A DNA stretch of 64,000 bases from Octopus sinensis (GCF_006345805.1 NC_043007.1:9734001-9798000); one strand, 5' to 3'; shown: positions 50,265 through 64,000, counted from the first letter of the stretch. Notes: a model not told the origin generated them from the sequence alone. Program-made: numbers and translations.

Positions 50265-50509
50265 CCTGTAAAATATGATTTATCTCTCTAATTGTACCAT
50301 TAAGAATGCGTCGAGGAAGTATTACAGCATTTGCAACAAATGAACAGTTAAATTTCAATATAGATATGTGTGGTATGTGTGTTTGTGGTGTATGTGGGTG
50401 GTGTGTGAGTATGTGTGTATGTATACATATACACATATACATACATACACACAAATGTGTTTATATATGGTGTGTGTGTGTGTGCGTGTATATATATAGT
50501 TTGGGAAGC

Positions 50510-51614
50510 ACTTGTTTAAGTTGCTCAAAAATGAAAATAGAATTGAGATCTCATTTTACAGATATATTTACCAAAATTACAAAAGAATATCTCGAAATAC
50601 TAAAGAGTGAATTTATTCAATAAAATCGCTATTCGCTTCAACCACGGCCTCCAGATGACTTCGGAATCGCCTGCAACTCTTACCTTCAGTTCATCTTTAG
50701 TGTTACAAGGACTTTTGTTGGTCTCTAGCTCAGCTGCGGAGTGCAGTCTGGGGAGTTAGGTGGCCAGATGTTAGGGGCGATGTGGTCGCAAAAATTGTCT
50801 GACAGCTATGACTGGGTTCTACTGCTTGTGTGGCATAGTGCAGAGTCCTATTGCAAGGCATAGGATATTCCAGAAGTCACCCTCTTGATCCAGAGCAGTA
50901 TTACCTCCCTCCAAGCACTTGATGTAGGCCTCCATGTTGATTCTGAGATCGTGTGGGATGATGAATGGAGGCATAACATGGCCATCGCTAGTGATCACTC
51001 TCTTTCTCTCTTTTACTGTTTTACTTGTTTCAGTCATTTGACTGCGGCCATGCTGGAGCACCGCCTTTAGTCGAGCAAATCGACCCCGGGACTTATTCTT
51101 TGTAAGCCCAGTACTTATTCAATCGGTCTCTTTTGCCGAACCGCTAAGTGACGGGGACGTAACACACCAGCATCGGTTGTTCAAGCAATGCTGGGGGACA
51201 AACACAGACACACACCAAACATATACACACACACTTTATTATATATATATATTTATACATATTACGACAGGCTTCTTTCAGTTTCCGTCTACCAAATCCA
51301 CTCACAAGGCATTGGTCGACCCCGGGCTATAGCAGAAACCTTTCACTTTCCAAGATGCCACGCATGGGACTGAACCCGGAATCATGTGGTTGGTTAGCAA
51401 GCTCTTACCACACAGCCACTCCTGCGCCTATATATCCTGACTGGATATTTGATGTTTATCACTCTCAGTACATGCACCGTTTTCAGATTGACACTCAAAC
51501 ACTCTGAAATATTCCTATGGGAGCTTCCGGCATGAATGCCAAGCAATACAGCATGTCGTTTCCAAATGTCTAGCAGAGTGAATTTCATTATGGTACTGTT
51601 TTTCTCACAGACGG
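50510..51614 (-). mobile_element. Second copy of the maT-like Tc1/mariner element, interrupted by SINE A
   Basis: Homologous to 9220-9970; ITSDGHVMPPFIIPHDLRINMEAYIKCLE. Confidence 0.8.
50998..51430 (-). mobile_element. SINE family A
   Basis: Full reverse-complement consensus. Confidence 0.9.
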
Positions 51615-51747
51615 CTTTTCGTTTGTTTTTTGTTTTTTTTTCTTTTTCGCTGATCTTTAGCTGTGTATGCATAACCTATATTCAAAGTTCCTTCATTGGA
51701 ACTTCAACATCAACAACAGGTTATTTTTGCTTCTATGTATATATCAT

Positions 51748-52044
51748 CACGTGACCGACCAGTCCATCAGATGTAGTTACACATCGCTGATCACAATGCG
51801 TTTCGCATTGTTTTAAGCCTTCAATGACGCCACCCCGCTGGCTAAGCGAGCAGGCCAACAGAGAACGAGTGGGAGAAAGAGTGATGAAAGAGTACAGCAG
51901 ATCACCACTCCCCTGCCGGAGCCTCGTGAGCTTTTAGGTGTTTTCGCTCAATAAACACTCACAAACGCCCCGGTCTAGGAATCGAAACCGCGATCCTACG
52001 ACCGCGAGTCCGCTGCCCTAACCACTAGGCCATTGCGCCTCCAC
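51748..52044 (-). mobile_element. SINE with family C head and a different 3' half
   Basis: Head matches family C; tail ends CTGATGGACTGGTCGGTCACGTGA, also seen at 59438-59470. Confidence 0.75.
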
Positions 52045-52062
52045 TCTATGTATATATGTATA

Positions 52063-52580
52063 CCGTAAATCCTCGAGTATAGTCCGCCCTTGAGTATAAT
52101 ACGAAGGGGATTTTTAGTGGGCTGTGCCTCTGAAACACCTAAACCTTGTGTATAATACACACCCCTTCTCTAACTTGAGTCAACGAGGTCTATATAACGT
52201 CCTTGGTTTGTAAGACTGTATACGGTAACGTCCTTTATTATTATTGTATATATAACATAATGCAAATGTGTAGCTTTTTTGTGCATTTTCTTTGCAGAAA
52301 ATAAAGAAATAACAATAATAACAGTAATAACGTTTAATAAATGTTGCTTACTATTATGGATGAGTCTTTTATGACTTCATTGCTTTCAGGCTTAGCTTAA
52401 GGTATTTTCGCGCCCGACATCACAAAATGCGTCTGAATAAACATTGTCGGACAGCAAGTAGAGACTCGGACATTGCTCAGAAAATAATTTTCAATTTTAA
52501 CCTCGTATATAGAACGCACTGGTGATTTTGACCTTTAAATTTTTGGGGGGAAAATGCGGATTATACTCGAGGATTTACGA
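52063..52580. mobile_element. pogo/Tigger-like MITE
   Basis: TIR CCGTAAATCCTCGAGTATAGTCCGC / GCGGATTATACTCGAGGATTTACGA; TA TSD. Confidence 0.85.
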
Positions 52581-52695
52581 TATATGCATATTTGTATGTT
52601 TTGTTTTATGTTTGTATTCTCATGCATATAGTTGCATATCTAGACATGCTCTATATATGTATGTATGTATGTATATATGTATGTATGCATTTATG

Positions 52696-52729
<34 letters not shown>

Positions 52730-53380
52730 TATATGTATGTATGCATTTATGGTTGTGTGTATATAAGTATTTATGCGCAGTTTTCCCTCAGTTTGCATGT
52801 ACTCGGTTGGCATACATTCATTTCACAATGGCGCTGTTTTGCATCGTGATATATTTTTCTTTCTATTACGAAAAAGAGAATCTGTTACGTCATTTCCGTT
52901 TCGGCTTCTTTTATTTTCCTTTCACTTCATTTAACTTCCTATTATAACATACATACATATATATATAATATATATATTATATATATTATATATATATTCT
53001 GTGTGTGTGCCTACATAAAGACGCATACACACATACGTACATACATACATACATACATACATACATACATACATACATACATACATAATCATACAAATGT
53101 GTGTGTGTGTGTGTGTGTGTGGCGCGTGGGTGCCTGTGAATTCAGTCCGCTATAATGAAGCCATAAATACATTTATTTTTCACTCTGAAGATATTATACT
53201 TAGGTCATATAAATATAAATTTAATATTTACGTAATATTTACTGAGTATCAATTGAAACCTGTAAGTGAAGATATTTAATTTTCTGTTAATAATAAACAA
53301 TTATCAACTTCCCAATCTCCATTTTCTTTTTCTTCTTTTATATGAATATAAGCTATATATTATATATATTACATGAATAT

Positions 53381-53411
<31 letters not shown>

Positions 53412-53429
53412 GTATATATGTATAAGTAT

Positions 53430-53820
53430 ATTTGTAGGCGTAGAAGTGGCTGTGTGGTAAGTAGCTTACGAACCACATGTTTGCGGGTTCAGTGCCACTG
53501 TGTGGCACCTTCTACTCTAGCCTCGGGCCGACCAAAGCCTTGTGAGTGGATTTGGTAGACGGAAAGTGAAAACCCGTCGTATATATGTTATATATTATAT
53601 GTTATATAAGATATATATATATATTATATGTGTGGTGTGTGTGTGGTTGTGTGTGTGTGGTGTGTGTGTGTGTGTGTGCTGTGTGTGTTGTGTGTTGTGT
53701 CGTGTGTGTCTGTGTGTCTGTGTCTGTCTATCTGTGTGTGTGTGTGTGTGCGTGTTTGTGTGGTGTATATATGATATATATATATATAATATATATATAT
53801 ATAATATATATTATATATAT

Positions 53821-53891
<71 letters not shown>

Positions 53892-54124
53892 GTATGTATG
53901 TATGTATGCATGAGTATATGTTTGTGTGTCTGTGTTTGTCCCCCCAACATCGCTAGACAACCGATGCTGGGGTGTTTACGTCCACGTGACTTACGTTTCG
54001 GCAAAGAGAACGATAGAATAATACTATGCTTACAAAGAGTAAGTCCTGGGTCGATTTGCTCGACCAAAGGTGGTGCGGCAGCATGGCCATAGTCAAATGA
54101 CTGAAACAAGTAAAAGAGTAAAGA

Positions 54125-54125
<1 letters not shown>
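53430..54125 (+). mobile_element. SINE family A with expanded central microsatellite
   Basis: Head 53430-53580; 3' half 53915-54125. Confidence 0.85.
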
Positions 54126-54187
<62 letters not shown>

Positions 54188-54194
54188 TATATAT

Positions 54195-54246
<52 letters not shown>

Positions 54247-54477
54247 TATATATAGATATATATATAAAATATATGTACATATACATATACAAATGTATGT
54301 GGTATATTTACGTATTATGTATGTATGTATGTATGTATGTATGTATACAAACATATACATACATGCATACGTATATACATACATACGTACATATATATAC
54401 ATATATTATATATATATATAAATCCTTAAATCTTAAAAATGTTTTAGCCCGAAGGCCGCGGCATGCTGGGGCACCAC

Positions 54478-54541
<64 letters not shown>

Positions 54542-54552
54542 ATATATATATA

Positions 54553-55432
54553 CTGTAAAACCTGGTTATTTTGAACAATTTAGACCTCTTATTGCAATAA
54601 TTTCAATCTTAACTATATTTGACTATATTAGCTGGACTAAATAGGTAAACTGATATATGAAATAAAAATAAGTTGCAACCAATATTTGAATACTTTTTTA
54701 AATATAATTGTAGCTGTTCAAAGTAAGCCCTGATTTGGAGTTACTTTGAACACTAATGTTACTCTTATGCGGTACAACATTGAACAAAGATAAGATTTAT
54801 AAAAAAAGTTGTTTTTTTTTATTAACAAGTACAAAAGAAAAGTCAATGAACTGCTTTAAGTGTTATACCACTAAAGAAAATGTCACGCAGTAATCAGTAA
54901 GTCGCATTTTACATTCCCCATTCTTGTTCAAGGTCAGGGAATCAATAGAAATCCCTGTTGTTCAGTGGAATCTCTTTTGTCTTCCTTTTTACCACATCTT
55001 CCCAGTCGTAGACGAGTTTATCCTTCTAAAGATTTGTTTCGCTTTCAAAATGAATTAGCCGATTCAGCTGGAGGAAAATTGTTTTTAAATTGCGCTAATG
55101 TGTGACCTTGAGCTGAGATATAATTATGGGCAAGCAATCTCAAATCCATAGCATCAAATGGAAACCCCCATTCTGCAACAGCTGTTATGTGACCAACAAA
55201 CGCTGCTTCTTCTTTTTCACTGAACACGGAATGGTGGCCAGGTTGCCTGCTATGCTTATTGTTCAATCTATGGCTCAGAGTTCCAACTGGAATTTAATAA
55301 ACAACACCTGCTTTTCGAAGGGTAATTTTCTTTGCTTTAATATCTGTCACTGCTTTATCCAGATTCTTTTGGCTATAGGATTTATAGCTTCGAGAGCCAG
55401 GTTTTCTATTATAAATTCTTGTCATTTGAGCA
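54553..55432 (-). mobile_element. pogo-family element remnant (HTH-psq plus CENP-B-type HTH)
   Basis: MTRIYNRKPGSRSYKSYSQKNLDKAV...; VFSEKEEAAFVGHITAVAEWGFPF; subterminal 12-bp inverted repeat 54715-54752. Confidence 0.75.
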
Positions 55433-55680
55433 CCATTTTCATTTATCGGGCTGCTCAGGTAGTAACACTCCATGACCACAGTATTAATTTTCTTGCTCCA
55501 TCTGCGCCGTGTGTGGTGGTCCCTTTCCCGATATCGACAGGCTGGAGCCGGAACAGAATCTCTGAGCCTACCGGATGTAACACTGTCACCGTCATTGGCT
55601 TCACTTTCATTACCACCGTTATTCACAATATCTTGTTTTTTCATTGTCACTCATATGAGGTAGCGATTATCAGGTAGAAA
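55433..55680 (-). mobile_element. 5' ORF fragment of an R4/Dong-type LINE
   Basis: RRRWSKKINTVVMECYYLSSP resembles the Dong/R4 N-terminal Myb-like region as recalled. Confidence 0.65.
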
Positions 55681-55942
55681 AATAATAATATATATATATA
55701 TGTACATACATACATACACACGCGCTCACACACACACACGCGCGCGCGCGCGCGCACACACACACATACTGATATTCAGGTCATTGAACTTTTGAATTTC
55801 TGAATTCATTTGTCTAGTTGCAATAAAAGATGTTTACGTATTTGGGTAACATATTAAAGTTTTAAAGTTTTCTTGAGATGTTCGTTTGTCTGTCCAGTTG
55901 GAGAATACAGTAAGACTTTTGCAATTATTATTATTATTATTA

Positions 55943-55994
<52 letters not shown>

Positions 55995-56075
55995 TATTTT
56001 TATTATTATTATTTTATTTTTATTATTATTATTATTATTATTTTTATTTTTATTATTTTTAATATTTTTATTTTA

Positions 56076-56119
<44 letters not shown>

Positions 56120-56378
56120 TTATGTTTGAGTTTTGTTTTACATTTGTACAAGTTGACTCCAAGTCTCACCCAGAGACCTCAAGAGACAAAAAGCTGGAAG
56201 TTCCTGTTGGTGTTATGCCTAGGGTGTCATATATTTGGTTTTGTACATAGTGTTGTTCTAGAGAATGTTTAAGAAACCATAAGAAAATTATGTTTGTTTT
56301 AAAACTTGAGATTACATACAAAGTATTTTGCGTAGGATATGAGCAGTTCCCATGAGCACTATCTTTTGAATTTCTGCC

Positions 56379-56385
<7 letters not shown>
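56120..56385 (-). mobile_element. Dong/R4-clade LINE extreme 3' end within (TTA)n
   Basis: Reverse strand MAEIQKIVLMGTAHILRKIL; (TTA)n on both sides. Confidence 0.8.
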
Positions 56386-56427
<42 letters not shown>

Positions 56428-56534
56428 GTTGTTGTGTTGTTTTATTATTATTATTATTTTATTATTATTATTATTATTATTATTATCATTATCATGATTA
56501 TTATTAATTATTATTATTATTATTTTTATTAATA

Positions 56535-56566
<32 letters not shown>

Positions 56567-56891
56567 TCATTATTATTAATATTATTATTATTATTATTAT
56601 TATTATTATCATTATTATTATTATTATTATTATTGCTATCATTATTTTTAGGGCGTTTACTCATATTTCCAATGCTTCTAATGTTATTGTTGTACCTATC
56701 GTCAGTAGCGTTATAGTTGTCACAATTACTAGGGCTGGTAGAGGTTACTTTATCAGGGCTTTTATAGTTGTTATTCTTCCATTTACTTCCGATTCCTTAT
56801 ATTGCTTATGCCATACCCTCTGCAACGTTACACCTACTAACTAGCACTTTACATATAAACGTTCACCTCCGTAACGCGGACCATACCATCA

Positions 56892-57127
56892 AAGGCGGTG
56901 AGCTGGCAGAAACGTTAGCATGCCGGGCGAAATGCCTAGCGGTATTTCGTCTGCCGTTACGTTCTGAGTTCAAATTCCGCCGAGGTCGACTTTGCCTTTC
57001 ATCCTTTCGGGGTCGATAAATTAAGCACCAGTTACGCACTGGGGTCGATGTAATCGACTTAATACCTATGTCTGTCCTTGTTTGTCCCCTCTATGCTTAG
57101 CCCCTTGTTGGTAGTAGAGAAATACAT
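56892..57127 (+). mobile_element. SINE family B
   Basis: TSD CATACCATCAAA on both sides. Confidence 0.9.
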
Positions 57128-58608
57128 ACCATCAAACCCACCACTGAAGTTCTATGGAAACATAATGTGAACTACTACCTAAAATTACCCTACCTGTAAA
57201 ACCTCCTCCTGAGAACGATAATATTCACCTACCCACCACTGGACGAAATAACATAGATCTTATAATACCTCTTATAATGTATCTTATTTCCCCTTGCTAT
57301 GCCCAAATCATTATACTATGATGTACTTCACTTGTATTTTCGTGCTTGTTCTTATTCTCACCCTTATTCTTTTTCTACTCTATTTCAAAAAGACAAACAC
57401 ACTGTAGCTATTATTAACTGACTTTTATATGTGTTAGCTCCCGCCCCACAACCACTGAAGAAGCCTAGGAGCACATTCATTATCCAAGCCTTATCTGCTC
57501 ATTCCTGCATAACACTGAAGAGATGGAGATAACCTAGAAGATTTTGTTGCCTCTTGGCAGAAACGGCCGTAAGGAACAAGCACTGGCATACCCATTCGGT
57601 TTTAGTGACAATCTGCTCATTTACTTATTTACTCAATTACTCACTTGTTTCTATATGCTTATATGCCTCCACATCCATGTTTATGCAAGTACCAACTTTT
57701 TCTACTTGATAATCTGTACCACTAATACATGTGTGTGGATTTATCCAATACATTTGAATAAATAGACATACTACTGGAATGTTTACCAGCTGGTGTCTGT
57801 CGATTTTATATCCTCTCCATTTTCTTATTTGCTATATATATATATATATATATATATATTAAGGAAAAATTTTTTTTAAAATGCAGAATGCTCAATGAAA
57901 GAAATTTTAATAAATGAGAAAATGATAAAATAATAATGTATATTATTCAACCGGTTTTCGTCATTGTATGACTTGTCAAGAATATTTATGTTTTTAAGAA
58001 GGTTTTTTAAAAATTAGAGGGGAAAAAAGAAAATTGCATTGTTTTTTTGTAAAAGAATATGATAAAAATGTACAAAAATTAAAAAATAATTTCTCCTATT
58101 ACATTGTGAGTTCGTTGTGTATCTTGCGTTTTATGGTTGTTTACGAAAAAATTACCTTGAGGTGTTAAGATCCAAAGGATTAAGAGCATGTGTTGTGTTG
58201 TGTGTTAAATTCCAGCATGTTTGCAGGACAGGAAGTAGTAGTAATTGTGGTCCTGGTTCTTCAGTTCCTGTGTTTGGAGTAAGGGGAGACAACTCTTTTG
58301 AGTTCTTCTTCAATAAAACCCAAATTATAAACTATCATTTTAGCTTTCATTTGCGTTATCTTTTTTATATATTGCTTGTTAACTTAACTTTCAGATTTTA
58401 ACACTTTATTTACATTATTTCCTAATAATATAATCTGCATAGACAATTGCATTTCAAATTTTAATAAATGATAGTAATAACAACAATAGTAAAAATGATA
58501 TTTAAAGAATATAAGTTTTAGCTTGAATGATGAATGCAATGGTATCTTTATATATTTGTGTTAGTCCATCCATGAAAAGTGAGGTAGAGAAAGGAAGTTT
58601 GATCAACG

Positions 58609-58708
58609 NNNNNNNNNNNNNNNNNNNNNNNNNNNNNNNNNNNNNNNNNNNNNNNNNNNNNNNNNNNNNNNNNNNNNNNNNNNNNNNNNNNNNNNNNNNN
58701 NNNNNNNN
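58609..58708. other. Assembly gap (100 N)
   Basis: Run of N. Confidence 1.
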
Positions 58709-59165
58709 TGACATCATATCCCAGATGATGAATTGAACTTGAAGCTTCAGGGAAAGGATAACCTTATTTGTGATCTCTACAGAATTATCAAAGGATTTCG
58801 GAGAAAGCTATCATTGTTTGAAGCACAACTGGAAGGAGGAAACTTCTCTCATTTTCAGTGTTTCAAAGAGTTTCGCGCCAGAATCGCAGAAGATGGCAAC
58901 CTTGAATTTTGTGGCTTAAATAAGCAGTTTTTTTTAATTTTCAGCTCTCGAAAGAATTGAGAGTGACAGTCTTCTGTTTCAAAATCCGTTTGATTATAAC
59001 ATTGATGACGTACAAGTCGATCTACAGTTGGTGCTCACTGATTTGCAAGCAAATGAGTCGTTGAAAGAGAAGCACAGAGAGGGAAAACTTGTAAAATGTT
59101 GTTGCTGCTTACCTGATGATGAAATTTCAAAGTTGAAGAAATTTGCCTCTTGTATGGCATCATTT
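58709..59165 (+). pseudogene. hAT (Charlie/SPIN-type) transposase C-terminal fragment
   Basis: LNLKLQGKDNLICDLYRIIKGFRRKLSLFEAQL, FQNPF, LQLVLTDLQ. Confidence 0.8.
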
Positions 59166-59401
59166 AGGTATATATGAGCATGTCTAGATATGCAAGTATA
59201 TGCATAAGAAGACTTACATAAAACAAAACATACAAATCTGCACTTATACATGCATACATACAAAAATACCTTGTTGTTGATGTTGAAATTCCAAAAAAGA
59301 GCCTTGGATCTAGGTAAGAAAACGATTCTTTCTCTATTGGCAAGAAATCTTGAAATAAAACTGAAGAATGACATATATACATACATACATACATACATAC
59401 A

Positions 59402-59430
<29 letters not shown>
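59160..59430 (+). mobile_element. 3' UTR of the (CATA)n-ending R4/Dong-type LINE
   Basis: Matches 5330-5570; ends in (CATA)n. Confidence 0.85.
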
Positions 59431-59437
<7 letters not shown>

Positions 59438-59779
59438 TCTGATGGTCTGGTCGGTCACGTGATCACGTGATATATATATATATATATATATATTATATAC
59501 GTATGTATGTATGTATGTATGTATGCCGGGTCGTTCTCGAGTGCTACAGGTAACATGTAATCCAATACAACCTGTTACATGAACGGATCGTCGCGACTAA
59601 ACTGTCAGCCCCACCAAGCTTGCTTGGTGAGGTGGATGATTGTTGGACACCCTGCGGGATGAAAATAAGACCCGTCAAAGGGCGGAAGAACTCATGAGTA
59701 GACAACGGCCATCCAACAAATATGTGTAAATATGTCTGTATCGCTTCTTTTATATATTCTTATATGTATATAGATATAC

Positions 59780-59833
<54 letters not shown>

Positions 59834-59860
59834 TATATATATATATACATACATACATAC

Positions 59861-59906
<46 letters not shown>

Positions 59907-59951
59907 TATATACATATATATATACATACACACATACATATATATATATAT

Positions 59952-60017
<66 letters not shown>

Positions 60018-60573
60018 TATATATATATTATATATATATATTAGAAAACAACCATTATTATGCAATTCAAACAATGAAGACATAAACAAAATTATAAATA
60101 AAAAATAACATGTTTTAAAATATATTCTTTAAAACATATAACTAGATCACAAAGGGTATAAAAATGAATAAAAAATTTTGTACTTTTTTGTGATCTAGTT
60201 AAATGTTTTAAAAAATATATTTTATTTTTTATTCATGATTTGGTTTATGCCTATCATTGTTTGAATTGCATAATAGTGGTTTATATATATATACAAAATT
60301 GCAAGAGAGTTAGAGGTTGTGAATCCAACCAACTAAGGGATAATATCTATCCAATATACTGCTGGTAGAAAACCCAATTATTAATACACAAGTGCTTAAT
60401 CATTGCATGGCAATTACATTACCGAGTGTAATAAATGGGTGAGGGTAAGAAGTTATTTTACCCTTTATTTATACAGCAATAAGAAAATGGAGGAGATCAA
60501 GGGGTGGTAGTCATCGACTTTTAGACATTATGTCTATCTATTTATTTTTTAAATGACAATTATAACAATATAC

Positions 60574-60955
60574 ATAGGCGCAGGAGTGGCTGTGTGGTAA
60601 GTAGCTTGCTAACCAACCACATGGTTCCGAGTTCAGTCCCACTGCGTGGCATCTGCTATAGCCCCGGGCCGACCAATGCCTTGTGAGTGGATTTGGTAGA
60701 CGGAAACTGAAAGAAGCCTGTCGTATATATGTATATATATATGTGTGTGTTTGTGTGTTTGTCCCCCTAGCATTGCTTGACAACCGATGCTGGTGTGTTT
60801 ACGTCCCCGTCACCTAGCGGTTCGGCAAAAGAGACCGATAGAATAAGTACTGGGCTTACAAAAACGAATAAGTCCCGCGGTCGATTTGCTCGACTAAAGG
60901 CGGTGCTCCAGCATGGCCGCAGTCAAATGACTGAAACAAGTAAAAGAGTAAAGAG
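60574..60955 (+). mobile_element. SINE family A
   Basis: Full consensus with a small deletion. Confidence 0.9.
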
Positions 60956-61402
60956 AAAGAGTATACATGTATAACATATTATACTCTATATATAAAATGT
61001 ATAAAATATAAAAATACCAGTAATTATTAAAATATATTACGTAGAGCATAGAAAGTAGGATAGTCTATGCTTCACATTATATATTTTAATAATGACTGGC
61101 ATTTTTATATTTTATATATTATATATGTAAAGCATATGTTATACATGTATGTATATTGTTATAATTGTCTTTTAAAAAATAAACAAATAGACATAATATA
61201 ATGTTTAAAGGTTGATAATACCACCTCTTGCTCCCCTCAATTTTTTTATTATACAGTATATTATATATATTATATATATATATATATATAATTAAAAATT
61301 GAGATAGGGGTTGTAAATGCAACCCTACATGGGATATGTGATTGGGTATTATCTGGTAATTGATATTGATTTGGGATGTATTCTCTCCATTTTCTTATTT
61401 TG

Positions 61403-61434
<32 letters not shown>

Positions 61435-61439
61435 TATAT

Positions 61440-62300
61440 AATTTTAATCCAAAAGGGAAACAAAAAAAACAACAACAACAGGAACAATTACAGTAATTAT
61501 TATTAATAGGCGCTCAGGAGATGGAAGCAGGGAGGTATGACGTTTCGAGCGGAGCTCTTCGTCGGAAACATAAAAGGAAGAGATAGGAAAGAAAGATCCC
61601 AGAGCGGGCAACAGGGAAAGAGAAAAAAGACGACTGGTGTTTACGAGTTGCACATGGTGAAAGCGGATGTTGACGTATAACAGAGCAAAGTGGGTTTTTA
61701 AAGGCAAAAGAGTGGAGACAAGGTTGGTAACCCAACAGATGTGTGTGTATGTGTGAGTGTGTGCATGTGCGTGTGTGTATTGTGTGTGGTGAGGCGAGAT
61801 GAAAAAACAAAAAAATATGTGGTGTTAGTGTGTGGTGCTGTGTGTTAGGCGTGTGAGGTAGGGCGAGACTAGTAGTCAGCTAGCAGACGAGGTCAGTACT
61901 AAGAAAAGAAGGAAGGGGAAGGGAGGTCAGTAGTAAGAAAAAGAAGGAAGGAGGAAGGGAGGGAGGGGAAGGGGGTGGGCGTATGTAGCGTGCCAGCGTG
62001 TGTTGAGTAGTAGTGTGTGTGTGTGTCCAGTGTCGTGGTGGTATTAATGGCGAGTAGATTGAATGTGTGTAAGAGTGATGTATATATATAGGCAAGGTGT
62101 GTATATGTTTGCGCGTGTGTGTAACGAAAAAGGGGGGGTTTTAAGGAAAAAGGACTCCAGCTGAGGGGAAGATGAGAGTGGTACCGCGGAGAACAGGCGT
62201 GGGAAACCCAACGACACGCGACGGTCCCAGGAACGGGCGGAGGTCTCGTCAGGTCCAAGGGCGAGGTGTATGCGGCGCGTATGCAGCGCGAGCCGGCGCA
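61440..62300 (-). mobile_element. Penelope-like remnant with near-intact hammerhead at 61535-61570
   Basis: Reverse strand CCGACGA-A-GAGC-TCC-GCTC-GAAAC-GTC; same family as 43190-43224. Confidence 0.5.
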
Positions 62301-62717
62301 AGTGCGTATGTGCGCGTGCCTGCGAGTATGCGCGTAAGTATGTATGTGTGTGGATGAGTGAGTGTGTCTGTGTGTATGTCTGGGTGGCAGTGTGCCGATG
62401 AATGTATGTGAGTATGTGTGTATGTATGTGTGTGCATAGATGTATGTCCGTGTGTGTGTGTGTATGTGTGTGAGGTGTATGTATGTACGTTTGGGTGTGG
62501 GGAAGTGTGTGTATGTGCATGTGTGTGCGCGTACATACAGGTGTGTGAGTGAGTGTGTTGTGGTATGTATGTGTGAGTGTGTATGTATGTGTGTGTCGGA
62601 TGCATGTATGTGTATGGGTGTTGTATGCGTGTGTGTATGTATGTATGTGTACGTGCGTGTGTGTGTGTGTGTATGCGTGTAGGTGTGCGCGTGTGCATGC
62701 ATGCATGTGCGTATGTG

Positions 62718-62750
<33 letters not shown>

Positions 62751-62756
62751 ATTATA

Positions 62757-62818
<62 letters not shown>

Positions 62819-62927
62819 CATATGTGTGTGTGTGTACTCTTACGTACAAACATGGCACATAGTTGCAAACACACACACACAGACATGCACACACAAGGAA
62901 ACAGAGATGCGTACATATACAAACACA

Positions 62928-62985
<58 letters not shown>

Positions 62986-63448
62986 AAAATACACAAACAC
63001 GGACGTGCAAGCACATGAATATGCAGAATACACACATACATACATACATACATACATACACACACATGCAGACATACACACACTCACATACTTATCTCGA
63101 ACTAATCCCAACGCTGGAACATAAGTTCAAAGGAAATGGAAGTGGAGAGACGTGTCTCTGGAGAGATTGCGACAATGCGATGAAATAATTATTTGACGAA
63201 AAAAAAAAAAGAAATAATAACACTAACAATATTGAAAATTGAAACGATTAACTGTTTGACCAAAGTGTTTAAAATATGAGTTTGAAAAACTAGTAAAATA
63301 ACAGCTTTTCGATAAATCGGTTAAGAGAGTAACTAACCCATTGACTAACAATAACAATAAAGAACCGAACCAGGGCGCGACTTTATTATTACCGACATAA
63401 TGCCCCTCCCATTCATAGCATTTCTTTCAACACACGAATTCACACCAG

Positions 63449-63520
63449 AATCTTGCAAACCAAATACAATTACGAACTATATATATATATTATATCTATA
63501 TATATATAATATATATATAT

Positions 63521-63591
<71 letters not shown>

Positions 63592-64000
63592 ATATATACA
63601 TACAGACCATATATAATGGAAAGACAAGAAAAACGTCATCAATAATCTTGCAAACCAAATACATTATACGAACTATATATATATATTACATACATACATA
63701 TATATAAATGGAAAGACAAGAAAAGACGTCATCAATAATCTTGCAAACCAAATACAATTACGAACTATATATATATATATACATACATACATATATAAAT
63801 GGAAAACAAGAAAAGACGTCATCAATAACTTGCAAACCAATACAATACGAACTATATATATATATATATATATATACATACATACATATATATAAATGGA
63901 AAGACAAGAAAAGACGTCGTGAATAATCTTGCAAACCAAATACAATTTCGAACTATATATATATACATACATACATATATATAAATGGAAAGACAAGAAA
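63449..64000. repeat. ~90-bp minisatellite with variable internal (TA)n(CATA)n
   Basis: ATGGAAAGACAAGAAAAGACGTC...GCAAACCAAATACAATTACGAAC recurs 4-5 times. Confidence 0.92.

Noticed and set aside
58117-58401. 94-aa ORF and its antisense frame
   Set aside because: No recognisable domain and weak splice signals
58733-58960. GTF2IRD2/EPM2AIP1-like host gene
   Set aside because: Stop-interrupted hAT transposase fragment beside a gap
63449-64000. CRISPR-like repeat-spacer pattern (also 7358-7910)
   Set aside because: Eukaryotic context, spacers are microsatellite or identical, no cas genes

Overview
Eukaryotic, AT-rich, repeat-saturated DNA with no recognisable intact host gene. The SINE families and the dense (TA)n/(CATA)n/(GATA)n/(TTA)n arrays match what I recall from octopus (coleoid cephalopod) genomes; that assignment is from memory, not a search. 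The window holds at least five tRNA-headed SINE families, and Tc1/mariner, pogo, hAT, Merlin-like, piggyBac-like and Helitron-like elements. It also holds CR1/L2, L1/Tx1 and R4/Dong-type LINE fragments, Penelope-like remnants, a ~1.6 kb tandem duplication and a 100-N gap. Almost all long ORFs in the track are microsatellite read-through or transposon pseudogenes. Main unexplained signals: (1) type-I minimal hammerhead ribozyme motifs from several families, two with intact cores. (2) A tRNA-head/(AAT)n/hammerhead-tail element that inserted as a head-to-head inverted pair bounded by one 12-bp target duplication, i.e. a SINE-like RNA apparently moved Penelope-style. (3) Three locally templated insertions. 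(4) Microsatellite-associated restriction-like-endonuclease LINEs. (5) A pre-miRNA-like hairpin and a few weak phase-1 exon candidates on the + strand.
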